This document shows, in pieces, positions 10,993 to 26,100 of a DNA stretch of 64,000 nt. Origin of the DNA: Magallana gigas. Lineage: Eukaryota. The notes under the pieces are model-generated. The model made no database searches. It saw only the letters and a program-made list of their open reading frames with translations, and was not told the DNA's origin. The stretch is taken from the NCBI RefSeq assembly GCF_963853765.1, contig NC_088860.1, positions 13,330,001-13,394,000 on the forward strand, in the 5' to 3' direction. Positions within the stretch are counted from its first letter, which is position 1. Each line of letters starts with the position of its first letter. A program made the translations under genes and the position numbers.

Positions 10993-13790
10993 ACAATGCA
11001 CAACCAACTTCATAATTGATGTTCTCAGTTTTAGAATGTGGGTTATCATTATCTTTATTAATCAGGGCAATGCCAATGTTTTAAGACGATACACGATTGA
11101 ATTCTTTCATGTGATGTGTCCAGTATTTCAGAGGATAAGACCCACTCTATTCCGATTATAAAAAGACATCATTTCCTGATGATAATGTATCTATCAAAAC
11201 AGAAGACAGCCAACATGTTTGTCCTACACCCAAATCAATAAACACAATGTTATGATAGCTAAAGTATTTGGGACAGTTACATGTACTCGGAATACAAGGA
11301 CAGAACAACAGATATTTATAGCAAAGTCGCTCTACTTAGCTTTTTTTAACACGAAAGTACGTGTTTTGTAAGCTAAATCCTGTAAAAGTTATTCTCGTAT
11401 CGAATTCATTCAAGGATCAAAGAACGTGTCGGACATTTGCATTAATTTCGAAAGAATCCTACGAGTGAAGGATATTGTTTATATTTACCTTTTTCCAGCA
11501 TCTTTATATTCTTACTATCTTGCTATTTTGTTGAATCGTATCAACGTTCATTCATGTGGCAAGTCGTTAAACAACTTAATCGAATATACGTAAACGATTT
11601 TCATATACACAAAAAGAAATGTCAGTTCAAAAAATAATAGCAAATGGATAGCGGTCTTTTATTTAGAAGTTCTAAGTTAAAGGAAAAAAATAAAAATATA
11701 ACAAAAACCGTAAAGTTAACGAGGTTAATAGACATGTTACTGTTTATGAATTTTAATGTTAGAAGTTTTGGGCTATATCTGAAAAAGTAACACTGTACCC
11801 CGTGTTCTAAATGAAATATCGGGGGTATCTCTTGAATAAAGAGGCCTATGGGCCACATTGCTCACATAAGGTACGTTTTAATGGCAGGTCAATTTTTCAT
11901 GGTATAAAATTCTACAGCTTCAATACACCAGTTTATGTTTTATATCATTTAAAAAATTATCGCCCTTGTTTATTTTCGCTGAGGAATTTTCACTATATGT
12001 TGGGAACCAGGTCGTGATGTCGGTGTGATAAGCTGTTAAAAGAAAACCTGCTGATTAATGCGACGAATTACTTATTTATATGTACTATTCAATATAAGGA
12101 GAAACGGCGATTTGTCAACAATTTGCATTTGTGTTGGATCTTAGCATGTGCGTAGTATTAATGGATTAAGTGTCCAAGGATGAATAGAAAAAAACAGTTA
12201 CTGTGTCTGTCAACCTCTCCGAAAACAAATGGAACACGGATATATTGTAAATAAACCGATACGTTTGGGGTCAATTGCGCAGTTACTGTAAAACAGGACA
12301 GGTGTTGTGACAACCAATAGTTATAATTGAGGTTTTCTTTGTTACTTTAAATTCTTGTCTCTGTAGGGCACAGAGAACAGCAAATTTGATGACTACCAAC
12401 TTAATAAGAATAAGATGATTAAGACCCACAAGGACAGAATCTGTCAACATGTAATTTATACATTAATCATATAAATGCCTTTTCAAAATACTTAGTCTTG
12501 TCCTCAACATGAAGAAAAAAAGAGAGAAAAAGCCCTGATTGGAATATTTATTTCTTCATCATTTTCATTTCATCTTGCAAGAATCTAGTAATTATAATGA
12601 TTTTTTTTTTTTTGCAAAAAGAAAATAACTTTCAGATAAATGTATACACATGATAAAATATTTGGAATATAACATGAGGATGAATATGACAAACGATGGC
12701 GAAAACTAATTTTCTGTCTCTAGAAAGCATACATCTAGTAAATATAACATTGAATATTACCTTTGAATACACAATTCTCAATATACTTCCAATTTTTCAT
12801 ATTAGTGAATACTCATCATATTAGTAGGAATTAGAATACATCTATGCTCATTTCTGACAAAACTCAACAACCTAGCTGTTCACAAATTCTCACCACAACC
12901 AGATTTTGTCAAATCTTTAAAAAGCTCCATTTTTCTGTCCACTTTATGGGTGATAACAGTGAGATACACAGGAGCGGTGCTATGGTAACATCAGTGGAAT
13001 GTGTTATGCATTGGAAGTAAATGATATGTACAGAGGGGCAATCTATTTGAAAAAGAGGCATCTCAAGATAACTGATTGGTAGCACCAGAGACATTACCAA
13101 CGATAAATTACTGTCATTAATCAGAGAATAATATGTGCAAATTCAACAAAGAAAGATATTAGAAGTACTTACAAATGAAGCTTTAGTCTACTTAACACAA
13201 TCACGATAGTGGAAAACTGCAAGTCTACATAGCAGTAACAAAGCTTTATGAATACAGTAACAGCGTTTTTTTTAATATCATATGAAATGTTTGTTAATAC
13301 ATAAATCAATACAATATGGTATCTTTGTCTTCTCTTATATGATAAAACTTGAACTTATACATGTACTTGTACACCATGATTCGAAATTTCTCTTGACCTA
13401 AGGGACGCCAATAAACTTTATAATTAGCTGTTACCACACTAATCAAATGTAATTTTATATGCTCAAGAAGTATGAAAATGTGCTAACATGACTTAATCAG
13501 TTGTTATTATATCAATCCAATATGTTCGATTCTCAAGAAGTATGAACATGTGCTATGCGTATGATCTTCAACCCCATCATTGTAAATATTTGTGCAAATT
13601 TATATTATAAAACATATATGAAGTTTTTCTGATAAAAAACATATAATAATATGTATCAATCTAAAGAAACAAAATGTGGAAACTCTCATCGGCTTCCTTG
13701 CGTGCATTAGACATCAGTAAGATTTTGTGGACAGTGTTCCTGGCGGTAACCTTGAGAATCGGCCATATTTTGTTCTTCAGACAACTACAA

Positions 13791-16700
13791 CTAACAACAT
13801 TCTTGTTTTACAGTTCTCAAAATTAAATTGGTTTGGTAGATCAGGTAGTTTGCGCTGATAAATACACTCTGGTTCCTGAAAGTGAAAAGGAAAAGCGATT
13901 CAAAAATAAGGGACAAAAGAGCAATGGGACCTTTTTCTTAAGTGCTTAACTTTCAATAATTATGTAACAGTGGATATATCTGAAGGAGGAAAAAATCAGT
14001 GAAAGAAACAAAATTTGAAGAGAAAAAAATGATATCATGGATGACCCTGTATCTACAATCTTTCACTGATTTTTTGCTATATCACTTATTTAAACCGATA
14101 AGGAAAAATACATATCTATAAATATAGTCATATATTTTTATCACAAGAATATTTTTGTGCACTGAATAATTTAGAACAATCTGGAGATGTTTTAGGTCAT
14201 AACTAGATCTTACTGGTTTGTGTCTCGGAAAAACTCTTTTAACATGTTGCTGAATTTTTTGGAATAGCGGACAAACTCTTTTTTCCTGTCTTCAAGGATC
14301 TGAAAGAAAAAATCTTCTGTAAACAACTTGACCAAAATAAGTATGTACTATAGTTGCTATAATTCACTTTTGGCATATTGATTAAAGAGTCAGTTAAATT
14401 CAAAATGAACTACAAAGTAATTGTCTTCCTTTAATGATTGTGATATGGCCTTTGCCAGTTAAGCTTTGGGTGTCCTTTTCATGGACTGAAAAGTGTCAAT
14501 TTAAATATTTGATAGAGGTGACGATTTTACCGTACGCATTGATTAAATTCTTAGATAAGAACAAAACTTTCAGACTCATGATTGCTGAATGGAAAAGAAT
14601 GAACCATGAGTGAGTGTAAACATGAATAATTTGTTCAAATTGAAATGCAGCCAGGGATTCATTTTTCTTATGATCCTGGGACCATGTCTATTCAGTACTG
14701 GTATATGTACATACTTGCCATATTCCCAAACTCAGATAAACAAGATTCGGCAAAATTCTGCTAATGGTAAAAAAATACCTTTCTGGCACTAAAATTGTAT
14801 TATGGATGTTTGAGAGAAAAGTTATCAGCATTTGGAAAGTGATATTAAAAGTACTATACATTTTAACACATGCAGAATATGAAGCAAATATCTATCATCA
14901 GATAAATTAATAAAAAGATTTAAAAGTAAATTCAATAACTCTGAGTTTCTAAAAGAAATTGGTTTTGTAGAATATATTTCACTATTGCTGTGCTGGACCT
15001 ATACCATCCTACCCAAACAGGTGGCCTCAAGACCCTTAACTTCAGTACATTTGCCATTTCCTCCTTGTTTTAACAATCTCCTTTCATGCACATTTGTAAT
15101 ATGCTTCCCAAACCCAGTCAATAATTGTGTTGAATATGTGAAGATTTTTATTTTTCCAAACAATTCTGTCTTTCAATGGATCATAACTAAATTTAAAAGA
15201 ATTCTGAAGTTCTATTGACTTAATTCAAATTATTTGCATAAAAAAAATTACAAAACATTTCGATTTATTAAAAAAAGCAATATCTTTTAATAAGACAGAG
15301 ACCTTCCCTAACAAAACAATACAAATATCAGCAGACGATGGTATATATATATGAAGAGTGCATAGTTCAACAGAGGGAGGTGCAGCATAAGATGGAAGAG
15401 CCACTTACCAGAAGTTTCTGTTGTGTGTATACAACAATGAAGTCAGTATAGATTTAATTACCAACTGAACTTATATTGATATTGAAGTTAAAAATTATAA
15501 AATTATATTAATTATCGGAATTAAGAGGTTGGATAAGTTAAAATACTATTAAGTATTAATGACTGAAAAAGTAAAGTAACAAAAAAATAAATTGGTTAAA
15601 ATATTATTAAGTATTAATGAATGAAAAAGTAAAGTAACAAAAAAATAAATCGGTTGTTAATGGCATCAGTTGAAGCAGAGAGCTGTGGTCACTGACAATA
15701 AATTGATCTAGTCACATGACTTCTTACCTGCTTACTACCGTTGTCTGCCGCAGGTACTTCAGCAATCACTCTGTTCACAGCATCAAGTAAACGTTTTATA
15801 GCACTGGCAATCTCTCTACAAATTAATCATAAAATGAGTGCAAGTGGAATCTAAAGCTTTTATATGACTTATAAAATATGTATATAGGTTTAAAAATCTA
15901 TTGAAGAGAGAAAACATTTTTAAGATTGCACTATGCCATATATGTATGCAACTACTGCTTTAATGCTATAATGTAACAATATCAAAATAAAATTACTTAA
16001 AATGTAAGTACAATCAAACTTCGTATCTCAAACTAGATTGGACTGTTTAAAAACTTCAAGATATCCTAGCATTAAAGGGTAAAATAGTTAAAAAATAAGA
16101 GGTTGGGACTTGTAAGTCACCTCGACATACCCATGTATTCGAGATATCAGTGTTCAAGATACATGTATCAAGGTTCAACTGTACAAGAGGAATAGTATCG
16201 TATAACTGATATTTGACTTTACTTGATTGTTTCTAGGAACTGTTTTCTGTCATAAATCTGTTCTGGAATTCGACTAAGAATCTTCTTCAAAGCTGTGGCA
16301 CATTTATTCAGTTCTTGGAATGTGGGCTCCTGTCTGGAGATGCGAAGCTCTGGAAAGAGGCAATAAAACAAAGATGCATACAATTCATGACTTAACTCCT
16401 TGATTTTGTTTTAGATGAAGAACTAGTCTATGCTAAAATAGAATCATTTAGCATGAAATGCATGCTTTGTAAGCATAACATATTTTTCATAATTATCTAG
16501 TTTTTCCTTTCTTCCTGATTATTTCAATCGAGAAAAAAAAATCACGCAGAAATTATCAGTTATTTTGCACTATAACAATCTTTTAAAATTGCAAGAAATG
16601 ACTTAATTTATGCAATTTAAAAGTTCAGACAATTGATTCATTTTTGGAAAATTTCAACATGCCAAAACACAAACATATAAACAATATGTATTGTATAAAT

Positions 16701-17379
16701 TACCTTCACAATCTTGTGATCCACCTAATCGTAACAAGGTCTCACAAAGATCAAATTTGTCATGTATTTCAGCCTTCTTTAAGACTCCCTTCACATAATC
16801 ATACGCAAAACCAGGTAATGTGTTGTCAACCTGAAACAGAAATGAAATAGATGATTCGGAAATATTTCTCATTTGTCTTTGGTTCATAAGAAATGCAACA
16901 GAATTAAAACATTGTTCAAGAACCAACCTTTGTAAAGGCTGCTCTCAGTGTCTGGGCTGCAGAAACATCTTTCTTCTCCAACTATGGGACACAAAAACAA
17001 GTGTTATAAAGACCACAATTGTATTTCCAAAAGATTCCCTTTTGTATTATTATCATACATTCATGAATGCATGACAGTCATATTAATCATAATTTACTTA
17101 TATTTTGTTATTTAAAGAAAAAATTATCAAATACAATTTCCTGTACCAGCATTAAACACTTCACTATACAGAGTTTAGATGTATGTCTCATATGGATTGA
17201 CTGGTAGTTGATATAATGATCTGTTTATTGGTCAACCCATAAAATGTGACAATTCTTTGATGATAATTATGTCATTGAAAATAATTTTGTGAAAGCTGTA
17301 CCCTTTCTAACACTGGCCCTAGTACAACATCGACAATCATTTTGGCATATAGATTTTTATTGCTGTCTCCCATGGTCAT
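13791..17379 (-). CDS. PDCD10: Programmed cell death protein 10 / CCM3, 214 aa
   Basis: Exons 17379-17302, 16981-16928, 16830-16704, 16349-16223, 15815-15728, 14299-14214, 13875-13791 (645 nt). Motifs [77 protein letters not shown] match CCM3. Confidence 0.96.
15540..15655. repeat. 58-bp tandem duplication in a PDCD10 intron
   Basis: Two copies of aaaata(c/t)tattaagtattaatga(c/a)tgaaaaagtaaagtaacaaaaaaataaat(t/c)ggtt. Confidence 0.85.
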
Positions 17380-17787
17380 CGTTTGATGAAACTCAGCCGA
17401 TGAAAATAGAATGTCTTAGTGCCACATCAGGAGAAACTTGGCCTGGAAAAAAAACAATGAACAAAAGTGCGATTAGTTGATTACATAATAATATATGCTT
17501 GGTCAGTACGAAAGTCAATGAAGTGCACAGTTTAAAACGTTTTAAGTATTTTTTTAAAATATATGATTTACAGGTACCAATTTCTGAAATAAAAATATTT
17601 GTGTAAATGAAAAAATAAATGAAAGCAATAAGAGCATATTGAGTGTAATATCTCGACTCATCACAATTTCTTTAAATCTATAAAAAGACTCCAAATCGAA
17701 AAAGATATGCTTACAAATAATTATTTTAATACTTTGTATAATTCATCAAACACTGTTTATAAAATATAGAGGCATGTGATGTATTAA

Positions 17788-18228
17788 CCAGGTTGGCATC
17801 AATCTCCCAAATGGGATATAATAGTCTGTTTAGGATAGCCCCATGGGAAATAATTTGAAGTGCAAAAAATTAAACTTTTTGATCTTGTAATTTTTTAAAT
17901 AAATCCGCATAAACTTATATCAAATGCAACAACTTTTGGTTAGCAAGTTTTTCTAAATTCCCTTACTTTGTCAGATTGATTCCCAAGAAGTTTTGGATAT
18001 ACTGACAGACCAATCTCTGCAACAATGAGGGTTACCAAAAAAATGTTAACCAAAAGTTCACTGTTGTTACATTTCATATGATCTAATGCAGATTTGACTG
18101 ATGTTTTGGCAAAATAAAAAATTTCTAATTTTTGCACTTCAAAATTTAAATATTTAAATTTAATAAAAATTTATTATATCCTAAACAGTCTATTATGTCC
18201 CATTTGGGAGAGTGGTCCAACAACCTGT
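17788..18228. mobile_element. MITE with inverted ends in the PDCD10 5' region
   Basis: ctcccaaatgggatataatagtctgtttaggata pairs with tatcctaaacagtctattatgtcccatttgggag, plus an inner tttgaagtgcaaaaa / tttttgcacttcaaa pair. The left flank is TTAA|CC; the right end is degenerate. Confidence 0.65.
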
Positions 18229-18586
18229 TTTTTTTTTTATAACAAAACTTGGCATTCAGTCTCATTCTCTTATTGTGGATCACAAAAAACAATAAAAACT
18301 ACCAGTCAGTGAATGCTTATTACAGACATGTTTCGATCTGCCAATAAATCAAGACCTAAATGTTAAAATCTAATGACCACACCTACCAAGGTAAATTTCT
18401 TTGATCGTCCATTGAACATGATCAAAGAACACGGTCGTATATACATACCGAATAAAAGTCCAGCTAGATTGGACAACATGCAGACACGTGTTTCAATTTA
18501 CTTTTTCTATTCTAACACCGAATAAACCATTAAACGTAACGACAAGTAAACAAGGAAATTGAAAATAGAATTATAAGTTGGAATAC

Positions 18587-18720
18587 CTGTCAACAAAACT
18601 AGATCCTCGTTGGTATTTTACCTCCGATAGCAGGAGAGTTCCACTGTGTTTTTTTATCAGAGGCGCACTCGATTGGGACCCATCTTGAAGCAGACGGGTT
18701 GGACATTATTTGTCTCAATC
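18587..18720 (-). other. PDCD10: Probable non-coding first exon / TSS region of PDCD10
   Basis: GC-richer patch ending at a CAG|GTATTC donor (18587). The next acceptor TTTTCCAG at 17442 leads to the start ATG. Inferred, no transcript data. Confidence 0.55.
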
Positions 18721-19043
18721 AAGTGTAATATACCGCAAATTACCACAGTTGCGAATTTTTCAAAATTTAAAAACTAATTTAAAAAATAAGAGTGGAGTAT
18801 ACCTAAGTGTATAATAATATACCGACTTGAATAAACATGGAAGAAGAGGTATTAATTAAAGGCGGGTGTATACAAAATATGTTTCTGTGATAAAAATTAT
18901 TTTTAAAACTACATGTATTTTGTATACTTTCATACCATAGAAACAAGTGCCCGTGGGTAGGAAAGCCTTTACGAATGAAATTCAAAGTGTCAACATTACA
19001 ATAGAGAGGGTCTGCGCTTCACATTTTTGTCCGGCAGAGTCAG

Positions 19044-19240
19044 TTCATGCGCGGATCAAGAATATATTTCCCTTTAAAAAAAAGGGGGGGGGGGGGGGTC
19101 CGAGGGATATCTATGTTTGCCGGGGGGGGGGGGGGGGGATGCCTATTTTCGTCAATTTTACTGCGTAAATTTACAAGCTTTAAATTTTCCATCGAGTGGG
19201 GGGAGGGGGTGTGTCCCCCTATAGAGCCGAATCCAGGGTT
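19044..19240. mobile_element. G-tract MITE of the CATGCGCGGA family, right end decayed
   Basis: Starts catgcgcggatc; internal segments are reverse-complement matches to 30744-30932. Confidence 0.65.
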
Positions 19241-20196
19241 CAATCATTAAAAGTTTATGGCCGTGTATAAAAAATATATATCTGTAGTACAATGTTCAAT
19301 TGTTTTCAGGAAATTAATAGCAGTACGTAATTTGAAGTCCATATTAGATTAGATGAGGTTTTTACAATTACTAGTATCTGGGATATACCACAGTACGCTC
19401 ATTTGTATTTTGGAGTTCAAGACAGATTAGTAAAGATTTTTTTTTTTTAAATTTATATAAGTAATGGGAAGACACACCAAGATATGGAGTAACAATGTTA
19501 AAATGTTTTATATTTTTCACCTTATTAAAATGATAAATTGGGTGGTTTTATACAAAATATTTCGCAACGTCTAAGCGCTTTCGTTGCTTTGTTGGTCATG
19601 TCTTTCGTTGCTTCGTTGGTTATGTCTTTCCACAAATTTATTTAAAAACTAAATTTGTTATAAATTAAATTTTTAAATAAATTTATGGAAAGACAGTTAG
19701 CATGGCTGGCCTTGGGTTTCCGACGATTTTAGGTCTCTAGATCTCTATAAAACCAGTTAACACATTAATGATTTTCTGATCTACATATACTTCTACAGCT
19801 AATATGTAATTTCAAAATGCAGAATACAGATCTGCTATGGTGATCGCATATACCCATATCTCTTCTTAAATCTTAAAATATCTAAAACAGAGTTCTTTTT
19901 CGTAAGATTGTAATAAAGTTAAACCTATTCATTACTCTCTTTATTTTTGCCAAGCATTTTACTACGCAATCATTGTATATTGCTTTCAAAAACAAAACAT
20001 CAAATTACATCCCTTAAATGTTTATTGTTTATTGATTGTGAACAGTCATTTCATAAAAAAACAAACGTGTGAATAAGCATAACTTAGTAATACGTTAATA
20101 TGATATGTATACTAGTACACAATAGTCCAGGTATACAGTTATATTAACGGTAAAATTATGAAAATTGTACTTCCATGCATATAAAATTAACCTTCA

Positions 20197-23100
20197 TCAT
20201 CTACCGGATAGCATGGTAGATGTAAATATTTGTTGCAAGATCTGCGGTAAATTTTTAGTGTCCAAACAAATGAAGGCGTGGCCTGTAGGAAGTTGCTTGA
20301 TCAGCTGGCTGGCTTGGTCCTCCAAGGAACCAATGAAAACCACATACGCGTTCACTTTCTCGTTTTTCTTAAGAATTTCCCCGAATTTTCTGGGAGAAAT
20401 TCCATATCGATCAAAGTTAGCGTCACTAAGAATGATCAGGAAATGTTCATCTGCTTCTTCTTTGGCGAGTTCGTCGGAAGCATGCTGGGTCGCCATTAAA
20501 GTCGTGTCACCGCTAAGGCAGAACTGGGAATGCGCGTGCATGGTCTTTATAACAATAAGGCGCTCTTTATTGTTCGTGGGGACTTTATCTTTGTCAACCA
20601 ACACCACCTTGTGATCCTCCCCTGAATGCCCGTATATATCGTACTTGAATTTTTCCTCGTACTTTTCTAATGCCTCCATCATCATAAGTGTAGCCTCCAT
20701 TTCGCGATTCATCCTCCCGTCATACCCGTTAAATCGATACATACTTCCGGATACATCAACCAACAAGCGTATTCTTTTCGGTTTTTCCTGAGGTGTGCCA
20801 AGTTCGGGGTCTTTCTCTCCTCGTCTTTTATAAATAGATTTCTCACCCGTAATTCCTTCAATCAGTTTTGAATCATCCAAGTCCCCGTATGCTTGATTTT
20901 TCAACCACTGCCTCTCTTTACCCTTTGCTTGAAGGCTGTCTAGAATTACTCGCAAGGATGAAACCTGGTTTCTGACAGCTTTTGAAAACTCTTCGTACAC
21001 ATCCGCGTCATATTCGCTCATGTTAATTTCCCTGAGCCTCTCTTTGAATGCTTTTTGCGCCATATCCCTCGCAGCCTCTCTGACGTGCTCCGGCACTGCG
21101 TCCTTCTCGTGTTGAGGTACTTGGTAAACCTTGTGTCCAGCATCAAGTCGATACGGTCCTCCAATTCCACCGAGTCCTACAATTCACACCCAAAATTTTA
21201 AAATTCACGGGAGCAAAGCAACCTAACGCAAAATGTTAAGACATTGGCAATGTCAACCGACTACATATTAAACTACTCAATACAGATACTAATATCTGCA
21301 TACCTCCTGCTAAACAATATACTATACGAAAATTAAACGTGTATTAAATCATTTGCATACCTGCAGTGTTGCTACCACCTGTACCACCTGCCCAGGTGTT
21401 TCCACCATGATGCGGAGCATTCTTAGGGTCAATTTTCCCGTGCTTCGGACCTTCTGCTTTTCGACCACTTTCTCTTTCTTTCGTAATCTGAATAAATAAA
21501 GGTAACATTAAACATTCATTCCAAGGTTATTATACCTCGGTATTTTAGTCAAAAACTGAACAAATGTACTTTACCTGAAGTGGTCTACCATCATCCAGTC
21601 CCATCATGTTTTTCCATTCTCCCAGTGACCGCTGTAAATTGACCAACGCTGTCTCCCACGTACGAATACAACCCCCAACGTCGACAGTCACCAATCCATC
21701 CTCACTCATTGGAGCCACGAACAGGTGCGAGTCCGCTATGGAGGACATCCAGGACAAATATGGCGACTGTCTAGTAGCAGGAGGGACTGGGATATAACGT
21801 AGCATATGGTTTACTGGGTCAATGACCTCTAGGTATCCACTGACATCTCGTGCTCTCTCTGCGTTTGTCAAAGCAGATTCAGGAACCTTCCATTTAGGTA
21901 GTCCCTCTACTATCTGACCAGAATCCGGTAAACAGACTATTTGAGATCGTTTTGTTGGATTAACATTTGGCTTGGGTGTGGACGATCCAAACAATCCGAA
22001 GGTAGGTGTGTTGACAATTTCTTGAGCCTGTGACTTATTTTCTGGTAATGGCTCTCTTGGAGAACTGTACACTTCAACATCTGACGAGTCAGGGAATCCT
22101 TTCAAGACAGACACGTAAGAATCACGCAGGACTGACGTTCTGTTTGGTCCCGCGTTTTCATTCCTCAGAGAAAGGTTGAGCTGTTCGTCACTCAGTGGGA
22201 CCGACGATAGACCACGTACCAATGATCTGTCGCCACTCTCACTTATAGGATACAGTAGAAAAGAATTGTCATCCGCCATTTGTACTAAGAACTTTTCATC
22301 CTTGTCGTTACTGAGGAGCCACTGGTCCGCGCCTGCTTGGTGTGCCTGCTTGATTACAAGGGGAACATCAACAGAATGAGCATATTTTCCTGTGACTGCC
22401 ACAATGTTGTCACCGCCTTCCTTGTAGAAGAGAATTGTCCCCTTGGCGTCGGGAAGAGTGCTTGGGCACATTCTGTAAGGGTTCACAGTTTGTGAAGCAG
22501 AGGCTGGAAATCGTCTCTTTTCTGTGGGTATTTCCGGCAGTGCTCGAGATGAAAGCCGGCATACGTCACCCGTTTTAAAGTTGACAACCAAGACCGAGTT
22601 GGTTACTTCCTCATGAAGGAACACATTTGAATCAAGAGGTTCGGCTAAAGGAGCGATTCGAACACGCGGGCGATATGAGCCAGATGTTGATGGAAACATA
22701 TCATAAAGGTCAAGGACGCTACAAGTTGATAGTTTTGGATTGACCGAAAACAAACCAATAGGATTAGCCGTTACAATGTGAATAATGTCAAACTTGCCAG
22801 CAGCCTGGTTCGATGCCTTGGTGACGGCCACATCACTGATAATATTTGTTTCGTGCATGGGAATGTTCCAATAAGATTCCTGCTCAGTAAAAAGTGACGC
22901 TCGGGCGGTGTTTTTCTCCATGGCTACAGACTGAGGAAATACTTCCAATGGTCCTTTGATGACTATTTCGCTAGTTTCAACAGGTAAACTCATCATAGCT
23001 GTTCTCCTTTTTTGCTCAGGTCTCTGAATAGACCAACTGCCAGTTTTACTGAGTGGAGGAAGAGGAAATTCCTTCGCAAGATTGACTTCCGCTTGGGATA

Positions 23101-26100
23101 CACCATAGGGTATTCCGTGCTTATGCATTGTTTTAATAATGGTCTCTTGCAGCTCCTTACTGTACGCGTCGAAGTCAAATACATTTTTTACTACTTTTCG
23201 AAGACCATCATTGGGATATTTCTCCATATGTTTGACAATATTAACGACCTCTCTGGTTGAATAGGGATAGGAGATCAAACCTTGATCTGCCATGCTGCGG
23301 AGTTCTCCAAAGGCATTTACTAATTTCTCCAGGACGTTCCTTGGCACATTTGGACCATATTGCTGTAACATTGACATTTCCGATTCCATGTCGGGATTCA
23401 GAATTGCGTGGCAACTGAAGATGTCCCCCATTGCTCCAAAAAAGTCATTTCCGAGGAAGGGAAAACCAGGTCTGTTTGCCAATACAATCATCCTGAAGTC
23501 TGGGTGACCGACGATTGTGTTATCTAGAGAGACGTGCCCAGATTTATGGGACACAATACGTCTTCCATCTGCTAAATGCATCTCGCCGGACTCAATCAGA
23601 GTCTTCAGGATACAAGTCACGTGTGTGGGTGCTTTATCTGCTTCATCAACAACTAAGACATGGCCCATTTTCACTGCCCTCACCAATGGCGAGTCTTCGT
23701 AAACAATGACTCCATCTTTAACTGTCGGCTGCAATGTCAGGGTTTGAACTGTGGTATCTCTATGTAATTGGATGTATTCGCGGGGTTTATTCATCAAATG
23801 AAGAAAACGGTCGACAATTTTATTCTTTCCAACACCTTGATTTCCAACTAACAGCAGGTGTTCCCCTAATAGGAAATCTTTCAACATATCTTCCATGACA
23901 GCTAGATGCTGGGGATTTTCGTAAAAAAGTACGTCTGGTACTTTTGTCTTATTTCCTGGATTGAAAACCGGTACCTGGGTATTTCCTATTGTTAGCATTC
24001 CATCCTTCACTGAACACGTGATGAGATGGTCTGGGTTGTTGTTTGTATCCACATCAGCTTTAGGCGTTACTTTTATGTCGGCCGCTTCCATAGTCTGCTC
24101 CAAACTATCCCGTGGTAGTTTAGGTAGGAAACTTGACATGCAAGCCTTCTGGATTATTCCGTGTAGATCTTTTGAGGGGAAACTTGCTAAACGTTTGGCA
24201 ATTCGAATTAACTGTCGAGTGGAGAGAGACGCAGCAATTGACGTCATAGCGGGATCAGTGGACTTGCGGAGCTCATGTACAAACTTCAACAGTTTGTCCA
24301 TATTGGGACATTTCTGAACGACTTTTGTTACAACGTCTACTTCTTCCTTTAACGACAATGGTCTCAGATGGTGAAAAAGGAACATCGTCAACATTTCAGG
24401 TGTCATCCATTGTTGGGAGGCACTTCCGGGGACAGGTGGTTCTGACAATGCAATGATTCGAAAAGCAGGATGGATGGGGAAAACTTTACGCTCTTTCATA
24501 TCTTCATCGGTCATTTCGCTGTTGGCTTTTATTTGTTCATACCGGTCGTGTCTCAATAGCCGCGTACCATCAAACAGCTGGAGCTCTCTGTCGTGAATAA
24601 GACGATGAAGGACCGCAAATGAGCCTTGGTTGATACGATGAAGACCGTCGAGGACTGCCAGACGCCCGTTCAGAGCGGCCTCAACAAGAGGTGACATCAT
24701 CCAGGTTGTGTCGCCATTAGGCTCGGTAATGCGCTTCTGGAGAAGGTCCCTCGAGGTCATGTCTTGGTAAAGCATGATGGGTTCCAATTCGTATCCTAAC
24801 AGCTGAGCAAACTTTTCAACTAGAATACTTTTGCCACAACCTCGGGCGCCAATGACACAAAAATCGTGAGCTGCATGCGTTTGCATAAGTTCAACCAGAA
24901 CTGAGTTGTGATATGGAGTAGGTATAAACGATTCATTTTCCATGTTAGTTTCTAGACATCCTTTCAGTACATCAAATGTCTTTGATTTGTCTGTTTCAAC
25001 AGAGACAAGACCTTGATCCCTGTTTTTAACTGATACGATCTGACCTTTATTTATATATTTATCTTTGTGCTGCAACTTGAAAGTCTTCAAAAGATTTTGG
25101 ACTGAAGACACACCTTCTTTGTTAAGAATAACAGAATATGGGTACAGCTTGTCTATGACATCAGTTACCTCCAAATTTGGATTTGTTTGCAACATTTTTA
25201 CTGCACCTGATATGTTAGAGATGGGAAAATCAGGTAAACCCAAAGTGGATGACTCCTGAGAATTAACTGCTGTCCCAAATGACAAAATTTGTGAGAGTTT
25301 TGCAACTGGGATTCCTGAAAACTCTTCTTGAAGATATTCAAGCTGCTCTTTAAATGGCAAGGCATTAATATCTCGAGACTGAAACCGAGATCTCAATGGT
25401 GGATCAAGTGCGTTTCCACGATATCGAGGAACAGGATGACCAAGGGCAATAACTCTAAAATTTTCATTTACTCTTACCAACTTTAATGCATCTAATTCCT
25501 CTTTTGAATGATCATCCAATAATTTATCATATCTTTCTGCTGACATTAAAAATCTACCATCATCTAATTGCATCTCTCGATTTTCTAAAAGATTATTCAA
25601 TATAGGCAAAACATTTCTCTCTGCCTTTTCAATGCCTTCTAATACCAGCACTCTCCCTTCGATGGCAGCCTTAACAGCCGGCTGATCATGGTAATACGCA
25701 GTGCCGGACACAATTTCTCGTCGCTGTTTGATATCTGTTTCTGTTGTGTCTCTGGACAGAGAGACATACTCCACTTCTCTCTTTGTCAGCTCTAAATACA
25801 TCATGGCCACCTGTCTTCTTAATGGACCTGGCCCTCCTGCAAGTGAACAAGTTTTATTTTGTTAGTTTAAACTAGAAACACACTAGCTATTCATATGAAA
25901 TTCATGTTCTAGTCTATATAGTGTAATTTTTAAAATGTTTTGATCAGAGAAGCTTCAATCATTTTATAATGTACTTTTGGAGTTTTAATCATTAATAATA
26001 ATTCAATTGTATAATTTTTTTACTTAATTACATGAGTTTTAAACTGATGAAGTTTTACCTACCAATTAGGAACACGTCCTGTTTGAGGCCATCTTTTTGC

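Noticed and set aside
11169-11216. Minus-strand MLAVFCFDRYIII resembling GPCR TM3, with a nearby IIGIEWVLS in another frame
   Set aside because: 16 codons bounded by stops, with no TM1/TM2 motifs; consistent with chance in AT-rich DNA.
20165-25259. Plus-strand ORFs overlapping VWA8
   Set aside because: Antisense shadows of a long coding exon with no recognisable motifs.
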